Shown in pieces: positions 22,663-32,000 of a stretch of DNA of 32,000 bases; the first letter of the stretch is position 1, and every line of letters starts with the position of its first letter. Origin of the DNA: Propionibacterium freudenreichii subsp. freudenreichii (GTDB taxonomy: Bacteria > Actinomycetota > Actinomycetes > Propionibacteriales > Propionibacteriaceae); the NCBI RefSeq assembly GCF_000940845.1, contig NZ_CP010341.1, forward strand, positions 1,350,001 through 1,382,000. The letters run 5' to 3'. A program made the position numbers and the translations under genes. Below the pieces are notes generated by a model. That model did not search any database and was not told where the DNA came from. It saw only the letters and a program-made list of their open reading frames with translations.

Positions 22663-24502
22663 TGGCCGCGTCGTGTCGGCCACCGGCGTTCTCGCGCAGT
22701 TCGCTGCCGCGGGAGTGCTGGAGGCAGCGGACGTGCATGTGGCCAAGATGGTGACGCGTACCGGTGGGGAGAACGATCCGTCCGTCGCCCTGGCGGTGGC
22801 CCTGACCGTGCGGGCGTTGCGGGCCGGTTCGGTGTGCCTGCCGCTGGACCAGGCACGTCCGATGGCGCACTTCTTCGTCCGTGAGGACGACGATCAGGCC
22901 GCTCGCACTGACATTGACGCCTTGCCGTGGCCGGATCCGCTGGATTGGTTGGCCACCGTGGTGGACTCGCCCCTGGTCGGCGATGAGGACGCCACGATCA
23001 ATTCCCGGCCGCTGCGCTGCGTGGACGGTGCGGTCTACCTGGAACGCTATTGGTGCGATCAGGAGTCGATCAGGGTCATCCTGGCCCACCGCGCCGAACC
23101 GCTGCCCGCCGTTGATGAGTCCGCCCTGACCGCGGCGCTGGATGAGTTCTTCCCCGGCGGGGACCAGGAGGCCGACCAACGCCGTGCCGTGGCAGCTGCC
23201 GTGCTGGGACGCACGACGGTGATCGCCGGCGGCCCGGGCACGGGCAAGACCCGGACCATTTCCTGGGTGGTCGAGGCCATGCGCCGCCAGTGGATGGCCC
23301 AGGGCGAGACCGGGCGGATCGCGCTCGCCGCACCCACCGGCAAGGCCGCTGCCCGTCTCACCGAGTCGCTCCGGGAGAACACGGCCGGCCCCTCCTCCCC
23401 TGCCGGGACGCAGGGGGCGGGTGAGGACGCGATGGCAGTCCCGGGCCAACTCCACGCGGTGACCCTGCATCGGCTCCTGGGAGCACGTCCGGGACGCGGC
23501 GTCAGCTTCGGACCCGCTCGCCGGCTCCCCTACGACCTGGTGGTGGTCGATGAGATGTCGATGGTCTCGTTGAGCCTGATGGCACGACTGCTGGAGGCCC
23601 TTTCCCCCTCGACCAGGTTGGTGATGGTTGGCGACGCGGATCAGTTGACGCCTGTCGATGCCGGCGCCGTGCTGGCCGACATCACGGCCGCGGGGCTCGC
23701 CGGCCCCGATCCTCTCGGGGGCGGCATCGTGGAGCTCCGGCACGGATTTCGCTTCGATTCCGCGATCGCCCAGTTGGCCGATGCCGTGCGTCGCGGTGAT
23801 GCCGATGCCACGCTGGAATTGCTCCGGGCCTCGCCCGAGGGCCTGCAGTTCGACGAGCTCGACCCGGGCATCGTCGAACTGGATGCATTGCCCGCGCTGC
23901 GCCGCGAACTCGAGGTGCAGGCCCGGGGCATTGGTCACGCCGCGACATCCGGGGATGGCAACGGCGCGGTGCGGGCGCTCGAGGGCCACCGCCTGCTGTG
24001 TGCCCACCGTACCGGCGTGTACGGGGTGAGCCGCTGGTCGGCAATGGTCCAGCAGGTGCAGCGCCCGGCGCTGGCCTCCGGCTCGGATGCCGATCCTGAC
24101 TGGTTCACCGGACGGCCGCTGCTGGCCACCCGGAACATGGCGGAACTGGGTATCAGCAATGGCGATACCGGGGTGGTGATCGCGACCCCCGAGGGGCCGC
24201 GGGCAGCCATGAGCAATGGACGCAGCTATGCACCGTTCGTGCTCGAGGGCATCGAGACGATGTTCGCCATGACAATCCACAAGTCCCAGGGCAGCCAGTT
24301 CGACCGGGTCACGGTCGTCCTGCCCGGGGCCGACTCGCCGTTGCTCACCCGTGAGCTCCTGTACACCGCCATCACCAGGGCCCGCCGGGGAGTGCGGATC
24401 ATCGGATTGCGCGAGGCCATCGTCACGGCGGTTCGGACGCCCGCGCGCCGTGCGTCCGGGTTGACCGATCGGCTACAACGCACGAGTGTCCGACCCCACT
24501 GA
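22649..24502 (+). CDS. recD: Exodeoxyribonuclease V alpha subunit RecD (SF1B helicase)
   Basis: IAGGPGTGKTRTISWVV. LVVVDEMSMVSLSLM. MVGDADQLTPVDAG. TIHKSQGSQFDRV. LYTAITRARRGV. The N-terminus (LEAADVHVAKMV...ALAVALTVRALRAGSVCLPLD) resembles E. coli RecD. GTG 22649 has GGGGG 8 nt upstream. GTG 22640 is an alternative. The gene overlaps the recB 3' end by 14 nt. Confidence 0.9.
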   Translation: MIPSDGRVVSATGVLAQFAAAGVLEAADVHVAKMVTRTGGENDPSVALAVALTVRALRAGSVCLPLDQARPMAHFFVREDDDQAARTDIDALPWPDPLDWLATVVDSPLVGDEDATINSRPLRCVDGAVYLERYWCDQESIRVILAHRAEPLPAVDESALTAALDEFFPGGDQEADQRRAVAAAVLGRTTVIAGGPGTGKTRTISWVVEAMRRQWMAQGETGRIALAAPTGKAAARLTESLRENTAGPSSPAGTQGAGEDAMAVPGQLHAVTLHRLLGARPGRGVSFGPARRLPYDLVVVDEMSMVSLSLMARLLEALSPSTRLVMVGDADQLTPVDAGAVLADITAAGLAGPDPLGGGIVELRHGFRFDSAIAQLADAVRRGDADATLELLRASPEGLQFDELDPGIVELDALPALRRELEVQARGIGHAATSGDGNGAVRALEGHRLLCAHRTGVYGVSRWSAMVQQVQRPALASGSDADPDWFTGRPLLATRNMAELGISNGDTGVVIATPEGPRAAMSNGRSYAPFVLEGIETMFAMTIHKSQGSQFDRVTVVLPGADSPLLTRELLYTAITRARRGVRIIGLREAIVTAVRTPARRASGLTDRLQRTSVRPH

Positions 24503-24553
24503 GGCTCGCGACCACCCGGGAGTGGCCGGGGGCGGCGCTGCCGATGCGGGTGT

Positions 24554-25444
24554 TCAGCCCTCCGGGCTCGGCAGTGTCCCCTGGAGCCACGAGTTGACCA
24601 GGCGACGTCCCACCGAGGCCCCGGGAGGCAGGGTCAGCTGCTGGTCGTGCAGGCCACTGACCACCTGCTCGCGGCTGTACCAGCCGCCCCAGGCCAGTTC
24701 CTCGCCATCCACCTGGCCCCCGCCCGTGCTGCGGGCCACGAAACTCAGCATGAGCGAGCGTGGCAGCGGCCAGGGCTGGCTCCCCAGATAGCGCATGGCG
24801 GTCAGCCTGAGATCGGCCTCCTCACCGATCTCACGGGCCACGGCCTGCTCGACGCTCTCACCCGCCTCGATGAACCCGGCGAGCACCGATACCCGCCCGT
24901 CGAGCCAGCTGTTCTGGTGCGCCAGGTAGATCCGGTCACCGGGATCGAGCACGGCACAGATGATGGCGGGATCGGTGCGCGGAAAGGTCTCGGTGTCGCA
25001 GTCTCGACAGACCGCCGCGAAACCGCCCAGGGTGCGTACGAGGGGGCCTCCACAGACAACGCAATGCCGGCTGCGCCGATACCAGTTCAGGGACGCCAGG
25101 GCGGCGGAGGCGATCTCGCGCTGGCCGGCGCTCAGGGGGGCGTGACGCATGGTCGTGCTCAATGCCGCATCCACCCGGCGCGCGAACCAGGCGGTGCCGT
25201 CCAGCAGGCCCACGAAGATGGTTGATTCCGTGGGCACCGCGCCATCGGCGTCGATGAGGGCACGACCGAAGGGGTCGATGTCGAAGCGTCCCTGTTGGTC
25301 CACCAGGAGGAGTTGGCTCCCCGCAGACTTCCACAGCCGAACCAGGTTCTCGGGGTCATGGCGCAGCTCCGACGCATGGTCGAGCAGCGCCGGATCGTCC
25401 CAACCGCTCAGCGACCAACCAACCCGTTCATTGTTGCTTGCCAC
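24554..25444 (-). CDS. nudC: NAD(H) pyrophosphatase / Nudix hydrolase NudC
   Basis: Zinc ribbon CVVCGGPLVRTLGGFAAVCRDC. Nudix box GFIEAGESVEQAVAREIGEEADL. SQPWPLPRS signature of NADH pyrophosphatases. GTG start 25444 is preceded by GAGGA, 9 nt after the adnB stop. Confidence 0.9.
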   Translation of the reverse strand: MASNNERVGWSLSGWDDPALLDHASELRHDPENLVRLWKSAGSQLLLVDQQGRFDIDPFGRALIDADGAVPTESTIFVGLLDGTAWFARRVDAALSTTMRHAPLSAGQREIASAALASLNWYRRSRHCVVCGGPLVRTLGGFAAVCRDCDTETFPRTDPAIICAVLDPGDRIYLAHQNSWLDGRVSVLAGFIEAGESVEQAVAREIGEEADLRLTAMRYLGSQPWPLPRSLMLSFVARSTGGGQVDGEELAWGGWYSREQVVSGLHDQQLTLPPGASVGRRLVNSWLQGTLPSPEG

Positions 25445-25453
25445 ATCCTCAGG

Positions 25454-28400
25454 CTAGCCGGATCGGTGACGCGGTATGCCCCCACTGTCCGCGGCACGCC
25501 GGCCGGGCCCATCGGGAGCCCCGGGCATCCGATCGTTGAGGCCCGGCAGGTGCTCGACCAGCCGGGTCAGCTCGTCACGTCCGGGCAGCCCCGTCGGACG
25601 CTCCACGCGTCCGCTCATCACGTGGCAGAACACGGCGTCAACCTCGTCAGGCTCCACGCCCGAGACATCTGCCCACGCAAGCCGGTACAGGGCCAACTGC
25701 AAGGGATCGGCCGGGCCGTCAAAGGTCTTCCAATCCACCACCTGGAAGCGATGGGGACCCGACCCGGGCAATCTGTACACCGCGTCGATACGCCCGCGGA
25801 CCTGACGTGATCCCAGCACCAGGATGAAGGGCGCCTCGACACGGTATGGCGTGAGGTCGGCGTAGGGACCCTCCTCAAAGCGGCGCTGCAGGATTTCCAG
25901 ACGTCGCTGGGAGGATGCGTCCATCCGCGCGGGCAACTCATCGGACGATTCGTCGTCGCCAACGAGCAGCCCCGATCCGGCGCGGAATCGTTGTTCCAGC
26001 CAATCGTGGAAGCGCGTGCCCACACCGGCTCCACCGCTGGCCCGACGCGGCATCGGGCGCACCAGATTCGCCGCGAACTGTTCCGGTTCGGCCTGCGACA
26101 GGATGAGGGCGCTCGCGGACAACGATTCCACGGGCACCACGCGGTGGGCGTCCCGGGCCTGCTCGCGGGCCGCCCTCACCAGCAGCTGCGCTTCTGCCTG
26201 CCATTCCTGGTACGCCTGTTGCTCGTCGAGTGACAATTCCCCGGCAAGCTGCGCAGGCAGTTCACCGATGCCGGGGTCGCCACCCGCACCGGGACCGAGC
26301 CGTCTGATCAGGCCCTGAACGGTCCCCGCAGCGGTTTCCACGAGCTCCTCGCGGTCGGGATCAGCAGGCCTCGGCCATACCGCCGTGGCGGGGACCGCCG
26401 CCACCGGGTTGTCGGCATCGGGGGCCGGTTGCTCCGGCAGGTCGCCCCCGGAGATCTGTGCCAGTACGCGGAAGTACTCGGAGGTGTGCGAGGCGGTCTT
26501 GCGCTGCGGCTCCCACACGTGCGTGGTGGCCACCAGATGACGCCGGGCCCGGGTGATCGCCACATAGGCGAGCCGGTCCTCGGCGAATTGTCCGGCGCTG
26601 CGCAGGTCGGTACCGAAGGCCTGCAGGCCAGCCTTCGTGGTCTCGCCAAGCTGCGGGATGCTTCCCGCGTCACCGCGCAATGGGGAGGGCAGGAGTCGGG
26701 CAAGGGTGGTCCAGTTGTCCCCCCGCACAGTGGCCGGGAAGGTGCCCTCCACCAGGGTTGGAAGGTAGACGGTGTCCCATTCCAGGCCCTTTGCGCGGTG
26801 GACGGACAGCAATGACACGGAGTCGTCGGCAGTGGGCAGCGCCTGCTCCATGCCATCCTCCTCGTCGAGGACCGACTCGACGTACGACAGGAAGCCGCTC
26901 AATCGCGCCGTGCCGTCAAGGTCGGTGAAGTCGCCGACCACCTCGAGGAAGCGCGCCACCTGGGCACCCATGTGCTGCGAATAGGTCCCCGGATCCGCAA
27001 GCAGCTCAACGCCCAGGTTCATCGCTGCCACGATGCGCCGAACCAGTCCCGGCAGGGGCTCACTGACGTGACGACGCAGTTCCCGGAATTCGGCAACGAA
27101 CCGGCCCAGGCGGCTGCTTCCCAGCTGGGACAGTCCCGGGCATGGCAGATCGAGCACATCCATCAGGCAGGCCATGGGTCTGCCTGCCTGTTCCTGCTGT
27201 CGGGCCAATTCCGCACGCAGGGAGGCCGGCGGATCCGCCGCTGGGGTGGCTCCGCCCTGGTCGCGGGATGGGTCGGATCGCACCGCATTCAGCCGGTTCA
27301 CGGCCTCACCGAGCGCCGCCAGGTCCGGGGGTCCGATCTGCCATCTGCGGGAGGACAGCAATTGGACCAGTGCGGGGTTGTCGGTGTCATCGTCCAACAG
27401 CCTGAGCGTGGCAACGATCTCGCTGATCACGGCGAGCCGGAACAGGCCTGCCAGCCCGACGATCTCCGTCGGCACGTCCCGTGCACTGAGGCGACGGAAG
27501 AGCGGTTCGATGGTGGCGTTGCGACGCACCAGGACCGCGATGCCGGCATATCCCTCCAGGGCACCACGTGCGGCGATGTCGTCGGCGATCCAGTCCAGTT
27601 CCTCGTCGCTGCTGGTGAAATGGCGGGTCGTCACCGTTGCCGGTTCCTGGCCCGGTGCAGCATGCAGTGTGAAGTCCACGCCGGGCAGGTGGGGCATGGC
27701 GGGATCGGACTGGAGACCCTGTGCCACCACGTTGGCGCCATCGAGGATCTCCGGGCCGCTGCGCCGGTTGACGCGCAACGAGTAGGCATTCGCAGCAGTG
27801 CCGTCGGCCTTCGGGAAGCTGGTGGGGAATTCCGCAATATTGCTCGCCGCCGCTCCCCGCCACCCGTAGATGCTCTGGTAGGGATCACCGACCGCTGTCA
27901 CCGGATGGCCCCGCCCCTCGGCCACCGTGGGGCCACTGAACAAGGTTGTCAGCAGGGTGGCCTGTGCGCTGGAGGTGTCCTGGTACTCGTCCAGCAGTAG
28001 TACCCGGTACTGCTCGCGCAGCATCGTCGACACCTCGGGTGCCCGTTCGGCGATCGTTGCTGCCTGGGCCATCAGATCGGCGAACTCAACCCATCCGAGG
28101 CGATCCTTGGCGCGGCGATATGACTCCACGAGTCCCAGTAGCTCCAGCCGCTCGGCCGCGACCCGTTCGGCGTCCACGACCGCGCGATAGGGAGCTCCCC
28201 GCCACAGGGGCGCCTCATCGAGTCCGCCGACATAGTCCGCCGTGAACTCCTCGATGCGTTGGCCGGTGACCATGTGCTGGGTCATCATCGTGTCGAGTCC
28301 GAGCAGGGCTCCGATCAATCTGCGGTCATTCCACTCCCCCAGTGCGACGAGGGGGAATTCGTTGGCTGCCACCACCTGGGCGGCCAGTCGGTAACGCGTG

Positions 28401-28810
28401 GCATCCGTGAGCCTGTGCTCAGCGGGATCAATGCTGATGCGGGGCGCGTGCTCCGAGACCAGTTGCCCGGCAAAGGAGTCGTAGGTCGTGACGGTCTGGG
28501 CCTCGGAGTTCTCCAGCGCGGCGGCGTCGATGATGCCGGACCCGCTCAGCGCGGTGGTCACCCGGTTGGACAACTCTGCGGCGGCCTTGCGCGTGAAGGT
28601 CAGTCCCAGCACCTGATCGGCACGCACCTGGCCGGTACCCACCAGCCACACGACACGCGCTGCCATCACCGTCGTCTTGCCCGACCCGGCTGCAGCGATC
28701 ACCACACCGGGCTCCAGCGGAGCCGCGATCACTGCCAGCTGCTCGTCAGAGAAGGGGATCGACAAGATCTCCCGAAGGTCCTCTGGTCGCTCGACCGTGC
28801 GTCCGCTCAT
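25454..28810 (-). CDS. adnB: Helicase-nuclease AdnB (UvrD-like motor plus C-terminal RecB-type nuclease)
   Basis: IAAAGSGKTTVMAARV (Walker A). LLLDEYQDTSSAQ. AVGDPYQSIYGWRGAA. SVHRAKGLEWDTV. AYVAITRARRHL. Nuclease GRIDAVYRL...FQVVDWKTF. The ATGA overlap with the upstream adnA stop places it as the second gene of the pair, as in mycobacteria. Confidence 0.85.
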   Translation of the reverse strand: MSGRTVERPEDLREILSIPFSDEQLAVIAAPLEPGVVIAAAGSGKTTVMAARVVWLVGTGQVRADQVLGLTFTRKAAAELSNRVTTALSGSGIIDAAALENSEAQTVTTYDSFAGQLVSEHAPRISIDPAEHRLTDATRYRLAAQVVAANEFPLVALGEWNDRRLIGALLGLDTMMTQHMVTGQRIEEFTADYVGGLDEAPLWRGAPYRAVVDAERVAAERLELLGLVESYRRAKDRLGWVEFADLMAQAATIAERAPEVSTMLREQYRVLLLDEYQDTSSAQATLLTTLFSGPTVAEGRGHPVTAVGDPYQSIYGWRGAAASNIAEFPTSFPKADGTAANAYSLRVNRRSGPEILDGANVVAQGLQSDPAMPHLPGVDFTLHAAPGQEPATVTTRHFTSSDEELDWIADDIAARGALEGYAGIAVLVRRNATIEPLFRRLSARDVPTEIVGLAGLFRLAVISEIVATLRLLDDDTDNPALVQLLSSRRWQIGPPDLAALGEAVNRLNAVRSDPSRDQGGATPAADPPASLRAELARQQEQAGRPMACLMDVLDLPCPGLSQLGSSRLGRFVAEFRELRRHVSEPLPGLVRRIVAAMNLGVELLADPGTYSQHMGAQVARFLEVVGDFTDLDGTARLSGFLSYVESVLDEEDGMEQALPTADDSVSLLSVHRAKGLEWDTVYLPTLVEGTFPATVRGDNWTTLARLLPSPLRGDAGSIPQLGETTKAGLQAFGTDLRSAGQFAEDRLAYVAITRARRHLVATTHVWEPQRKTASHTSEYFRVLAQISGGDLPEQPAPDADNPVAAVPATAVWPRPADPDREELVETAAGTVQGLIRRLGPGAGGDPGIGELPAQLAGELSLDEQQAYQEWQAEAQLLVRAAREQARDAHRVVPVESLSASALILSQAEPEQFAANLVRPMPRRASGGAGVGTRFHDWLEQRFRAGSGLLVGDDESSDELPARMDASSQRRLEILQRRFEEGPYADLTPYRVEAPFILVLGSRQVRGRIDAVYRLPGSGPHRFQVVDWKTFDGPADPLQLALYRLAWADVSGVEPDEVDAVFCHVMSGRVERPTGLPGRDELTRLVEHLPGLNDRMPGAPDGPGRRAADSGGIPRHRSG

Positions 28811-31800
28811 CGTGAACTCGCCTCCCGGGCCCAGATCGGGCAGTCGGCACGGTGGTCGCAGTAGCTGCAGGGCGGCCCCTCGACTGCCGGGTAGTCCTCC
28901 TCGACCACGCAGTGGACGGCGAAGGCCAGTGCATCGTCCACCATGGTCGGCCCCTGGATGTCCACGTCACCGCGCACCAGCCAGGTGTTCGCCAGCTGTT
29001 CGGCGGCCGGGTAGGGATGGTCGTCAAGGCCGGGTTGTCCCACCACCTTGGGCAGCAGCGGGTCGCGTGCGCCCGCCGGCAGCCGCAGAAACACCAGCAG
29101 GGCGCCATCCATGGCGGGGGTCGAGCCGGTCAGTTCGCGGCACGCGCCGCGCATTACTGCCAGCTGGTAGGCGGCGAGCTGCAGATTGGATGCCGCCTCG
29201 GTGCGACTGGGTGCCCGGCTCCCGGTCTTGAAGTCGATGATCCGGATGCGGCCCGAGGTCCGGTCGCGCTCGAGCCGATCGATCGATCCCACCAGTTCGA
29301 GTGGCTGTCCGCCGATGACGAATGTGTGCCTGACCGGCACCTCGACGCCGAGTACCTCGGTGGGTTGGCCGCCCTGCCATCGTTCGAACCGGGTGATCAT
29401 CTCGTGCGCCCGGGAACGCTCAATGAGCGTGCGCCAACCCTGCTGGTGGACGTCGAGGTCATTCCAGGCCTCGTCGAGGGCGTCATGGAGCTGGTCCTCA
29501 CTGAGGTGATCGGTCACGGCATGTTCGGCGAGGAGATGGATCACTGATCCGACGCCTGCCGCAAACCCGCCTGTGGTGGCGCCGCGCGCCGCTACGTCGA
29601 GGAACCACTGCCGGGGACAGGCGATGAGCTTCTGCAGGCCGGTGACCGACAAGCGGATGGCCTTGTCCCGGGTCGGGCCCTCCGGCTCCCCCACGCCGGC
29701 CGGGGAGGGTGTCCCATGACGGCCTGACAGCCCGCCGAGTCCCCACCAACTGCGGGGATCCGCCCCCGGCACAAGGGCTCGTTGCTGGTCGTCACGCACC
29801 ACGGCGAGCTGGCCCAGTTGGTGGGCGGCCGCCTCCCGGAGTCCCGCGGTAGAGCGTTGATCGGCGGTGACCCTCCTCAGCTCACCGACCAGTCCCTGAA
29901 GGGACCGGGGGCGTCGGGTGTCGTGTGGCACGGCAAGGACCTGGCCGCCGAGCTCCCGCACGAAACGCGATGCCTGTGCCTGCTCGTCACCGGAACCCAG
30001 GTTTGCCGTGATGACCAATTCCTTGCGGGCACGACTGGCGGCCAGCACGAACGCCCGCCGCTCCTGCTGCATCCACGCCCCGGGCGCCGGTGCCAGCCCC
30101 GGGTCGTCGGCGTCGAGCAATTCCGCCGACAGGAGCCCGGCTCCACGGCGATTACCCGGCCACGATCCCTCCGCAGCGCCCATGATGATGACGCGATCCC
30201 ACTCAAGCCCCTTGGCCCGGTGGGCGGTGAGCACCTGCACTCCCCGGCCCCGGGGATCTGATTCGCGTGCCTGGTCACCGGGGATCTCCTGGCCCGAGAC
30301 CTCAGCGATCAGGGTCTCGGCGCCCTTCTGACCCGTGAGCTCCATGTGCCGCGCGGCGACGTCGAAGAGGGCCAACACGGCATCAAGGTCGCTGTTCGCC
30401 TGTCCGGAGGAGGCCGAACCCGATAGCGCCTCGCCCCGCAGCCGGGAGGGCCAATCAGTGCCGTCCCACAGCCGCCACAACACGTCGTAGGCCCCCTCGC
30501 CACGCATGATGCGCGCCGCGGCGTCGCCCAACAGCGCCGCCAGTTCCCGGACCGGTTCCAGGTCCGGGTCGGTGGGCAGGGCCGACGTTGCGGTCTGGGC
30601 CGTGGGCCCCGTGGGCGGTGTCGTGACATCCGTCGGAGCCGCCCCGGAGGTGTCCGGACGGTGAACGAGCGCCCCGACGTCCTGCGCCGTCGCCGGGGGC
30701 ACCACCGGGCTCGGCAGGTGATCACCCGCCCGACGCATGAGGAACTGGCGGACCAATGTCATCGGATCCGATGTCGTACCCGACGCGGCCTCGTGCCACA
30801 GGGCTCCCCCGACGCGCCGCAGCGCGGTCGGGTCAAGGGATGTCAACGGGGACAGCAGGAGCCGGTCAAGCTGATCGGGATCGGGCGGTACCCGGCGGGA
30901 GAAACCCAGCGCGACGGCCAGCGCATCCATCAGGGTGACGACACAGGCCTGTTCGCTCAGGGCGATGTCACTGCCCGCCACTTCCACCGGGATCCCCTGA
31001 TTGGCCAGCCCCCGCGCGATGGTGCCCAACTGGCCGCGACCGGCCCGGCAGATGACCGCCTGTTGCGACCACATGACCCCGGCCAGCCTCGCTGTTCGCA
31101 GGTCTTCGGCCACACCGGCGATCTCGGCCGCCGCCGTCTCGTAGCTGCGACACACGATCTGCTCGGCCCGGTCTGCCCCGGAGACCGCCCCTGCCTCGTG
31201 GGGCCGGGTGCCCGATCCGCCACCGGCGACCGGATTGCGCGCGATCAGGCTGGCGATGCCTCGTTGGAGACCGGCGGTTCCGCGTAGTGACGTGGACAGG
31301 TCGATCCGCTCCGGCCCCGGCAGGCCGGTGACCTCGAACCGACGCCCGAAGTCGGCCACGGCGCGCGGATCGGCACCACGGAAGGCAAAGACCGACGATT
31401 GCGGGTCTGCGGTGGCAGCCACCGGAATACCCACCTGATGCACCTGTTCGAGCAGTGCGATCTGGGAGCGGTCGAGCTCGGCGAACTCATCGCAGAAGAC
31501 CCCCTCGATCTCTTCGGTCAGCACCGAGCTGACCGGCGCCTCCAGCAGGAGCAACCTGGTGCGGTGCACGAGTTCGGCGTAGTCCCAGGCGGGTTGGGCA
31601 TCGAGCACGTCAAGGTAGTTCTCGAAGAACAGGCCCATGCTCACCCACTCCTCACGCCCCGTGCGCCGGCCCAGCCGCACCAGGTCGTCGGGATCAAGTC
31701 CCTGCTGCCGCGCCCTGGCCATGCCGGTGCGCAGCTCCTGCGAAAAGGCCATCGTGGCGATGGCCGCACGCACCGATTCGGGCCACAGGTCCCGGCCGAG

Positions 31801-32000
31801 TTGCACCACGAGCTCGCGCACCTGCATCTGCTGCTCAGGTCCGGTGAGCACATGGGGCAACTGGCCGTCGGCATCGAGGTGGCCGAACCGGCGCTGCAGG
31901 GCGAGGCACCAACCGGGGACTGTGGTGATCACCGGCGCCAACTGGCTGCTCGCCAGCCGGGCCACGATGCGTGCACGCAAGCGCTGTGCTGCCGGACGCG
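28807..32000 (-). CDS. adnA: Helicase-nuclease AdnA (partial, N-terminus beyond the right window edge)
   Basis: The frame is open through 32000. The codon at 31980 is an internal TTG, and upstream codons read RPAAQR with no stop. No Walker A is visible, so the N-terminus is missing. Helicase motifs: FCDEFAELD, VFAFRGADP, TAHRAKGLEWDRV, FVLAASRARKEL. Nuclease: GSIDRLERD...IRIIDFKTG. The C-terminal CSYCDHRADC (CxxCx5C) plus the upstream LIACPRQ form an AddB-like Fe-S cysteine set, which AdnB here lacks. Confidence 0.85.
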   Translation of the reverse strand, partial: RPAAQRLRARIVARLASSQLAPVITTVPGWCLALQRRFGHLDADGQLPHVLTGPEQQMQVRELVVQLGRDLWPESVRAAIATMAFSQELRTGMARARQQGLDPDDLVRLGRRTGREEWVSMGLFFENYLDVLDAQPAWDYAELVHRTRLLLLEAPVSSVLTEEIEGVFCDEFAELDRSQIALLEQVHQVGIPVAATADPQSSVFAFRGADPRAVADFGRRFEVTGLPGPERIDLSTSLRGTAGLQRGIASLIARNPVAGGGSGTRPHEAGAVSGADRAEQIVCRSYETAAAEIAGVAEDLRTARLAGVMWSQQAVICRAGRGQLGTIARGLANQGIPVEVAGSDIALSEQACVVTLMDALAVALGFSRRVPPDPDQLDRLLLSPLTSLDPTALRRVGGALWHEAASGTTSDPMTLVRQFLMRRAGDHLPSPVVPPATAQDVGALVHRPDTSGAAPTDVTTPPTGPTAQTATSALPTDPDLEPVRELAALLGDAAARIMRGEGAYDVLWRLWDGTDWPSRLRGEALSGSASSGQANSDLDAVLALFDVAARHMELTGQKGAETLIAEVSGQEIPGDQARESDPRGRGVQVLTAHRAKGLEWDRVIIMGAAEGSWPGNRRGAGLLSAELLDADDPGLAPAPGAWMQQERRAFVLAASRARKELVITANLGSGDEQAQASRFVRELGGQVLAVPHDTRRPRSLQGLVGELRRVTADQRSTAGLREAAAHQLGQLAVVRDDQQRALVPGADPRSWWGLGGLSGRHGTPSPAGVGEPEGPTRDKAIRLSVTGLQKLIACPRQWFLDVAARGATTGGFAAGVGSVIHLLAEHAVTDHLSEDQLHDALDEAWNDLDVHQQGWRTLIERSRAHEMITRFERWQGGQPTEVLGVEVPVRHTFVIGGQPLELVGSIDRLERDRTSGRIRIIDFKTGSRAPSRTEAASNLQLAAYQLAVMRGACRELTGSTPAMDGALLVFLRLPAGARDPLLPKVVGQPGLDDHPYPAAEQLANTWLVRGDVDIQGPTMVDDALAFAVHCVVEEDYPAVEGPPCSYCDHRADCPIWAREASSR

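Noticed and set aside
22439-24280. 613-aa minus-strand ORF opposite recD
   Set aside because: It is antisense to a gene with a complete set of SF1B helicase motifs, and it has shadow-ORF composition.
1-32000. LexA SOS boxes (GAAC-N4-GTTC / TCGAAC-N4-GTTCGA) upstream of the repair genes
   Set aside because: I checked every CGAAC/GAAC occurrence I could spot (for example 7384, 12010, 12346, 20841 and 29385). None has the GTTC half-site at the right spacing.

Overview
High-GC actinobacterial chromosomal segment. All calls come from reading the sequence and recognising motifs. No database search was possible. Gene content and order resemble the mycobacterial Rv3193c-Rv3202c neighbourhood, and a PPA1309-family-like gene hints at Propionibacteriales. 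Left third (1-9953): a truncated prolyl-aminopeptidase-like hydrolase, an M16 peptidase pair, a UPF0182 membrane protein, a small conserved hypothetical, a PDZ/Lon-like protein and a DUF2342 zincin-like protein. Middle (9949-13613): a complete 1093-bp IS481-family element with a 6-bp target duplication, sitting exactly on a stop codon. It is followed by a DUF45/YgjP-like HExxH hydrolase, a consensus-like promoter with a long structured leader, a 53-aa DUF5679-type zinc-ribbon gene with a strong terminator, a short degenerate direct-repeat array, and an orphan gene that looks like a peptide-recognition domain fused to a ThiF/E1-like fold. Right half (13670-32000): an 18-kb block of DNA helicase/nuclease genes, with uvrD2 on the minus strand, recC-recB-recD on the plus strand, and nudC-adnB-adnA on the minus strand (adnA runs off the window). 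The observations I rate highest are three. First, two back-to-back RecA-NDp/PafBC-type promoter motifs (TGTCRGTG-N8-TAnnnT) lie in the uvrD2/recC divergent region, each 7 nt from an in-frame start codon. Second, recCBD is inserted into the otherwise conserved uvrD2-nudC-adnBA synteny. Third, the orphan ThiF-like gene has no YcaO partner but has upstream repeats and small Cys-containing ORFs. I see no CRISPR array, tRNA/rRNA gene or recognisable defence island. The window is mostly conserved core genome, so the novelty claims are modest and marked as inference.
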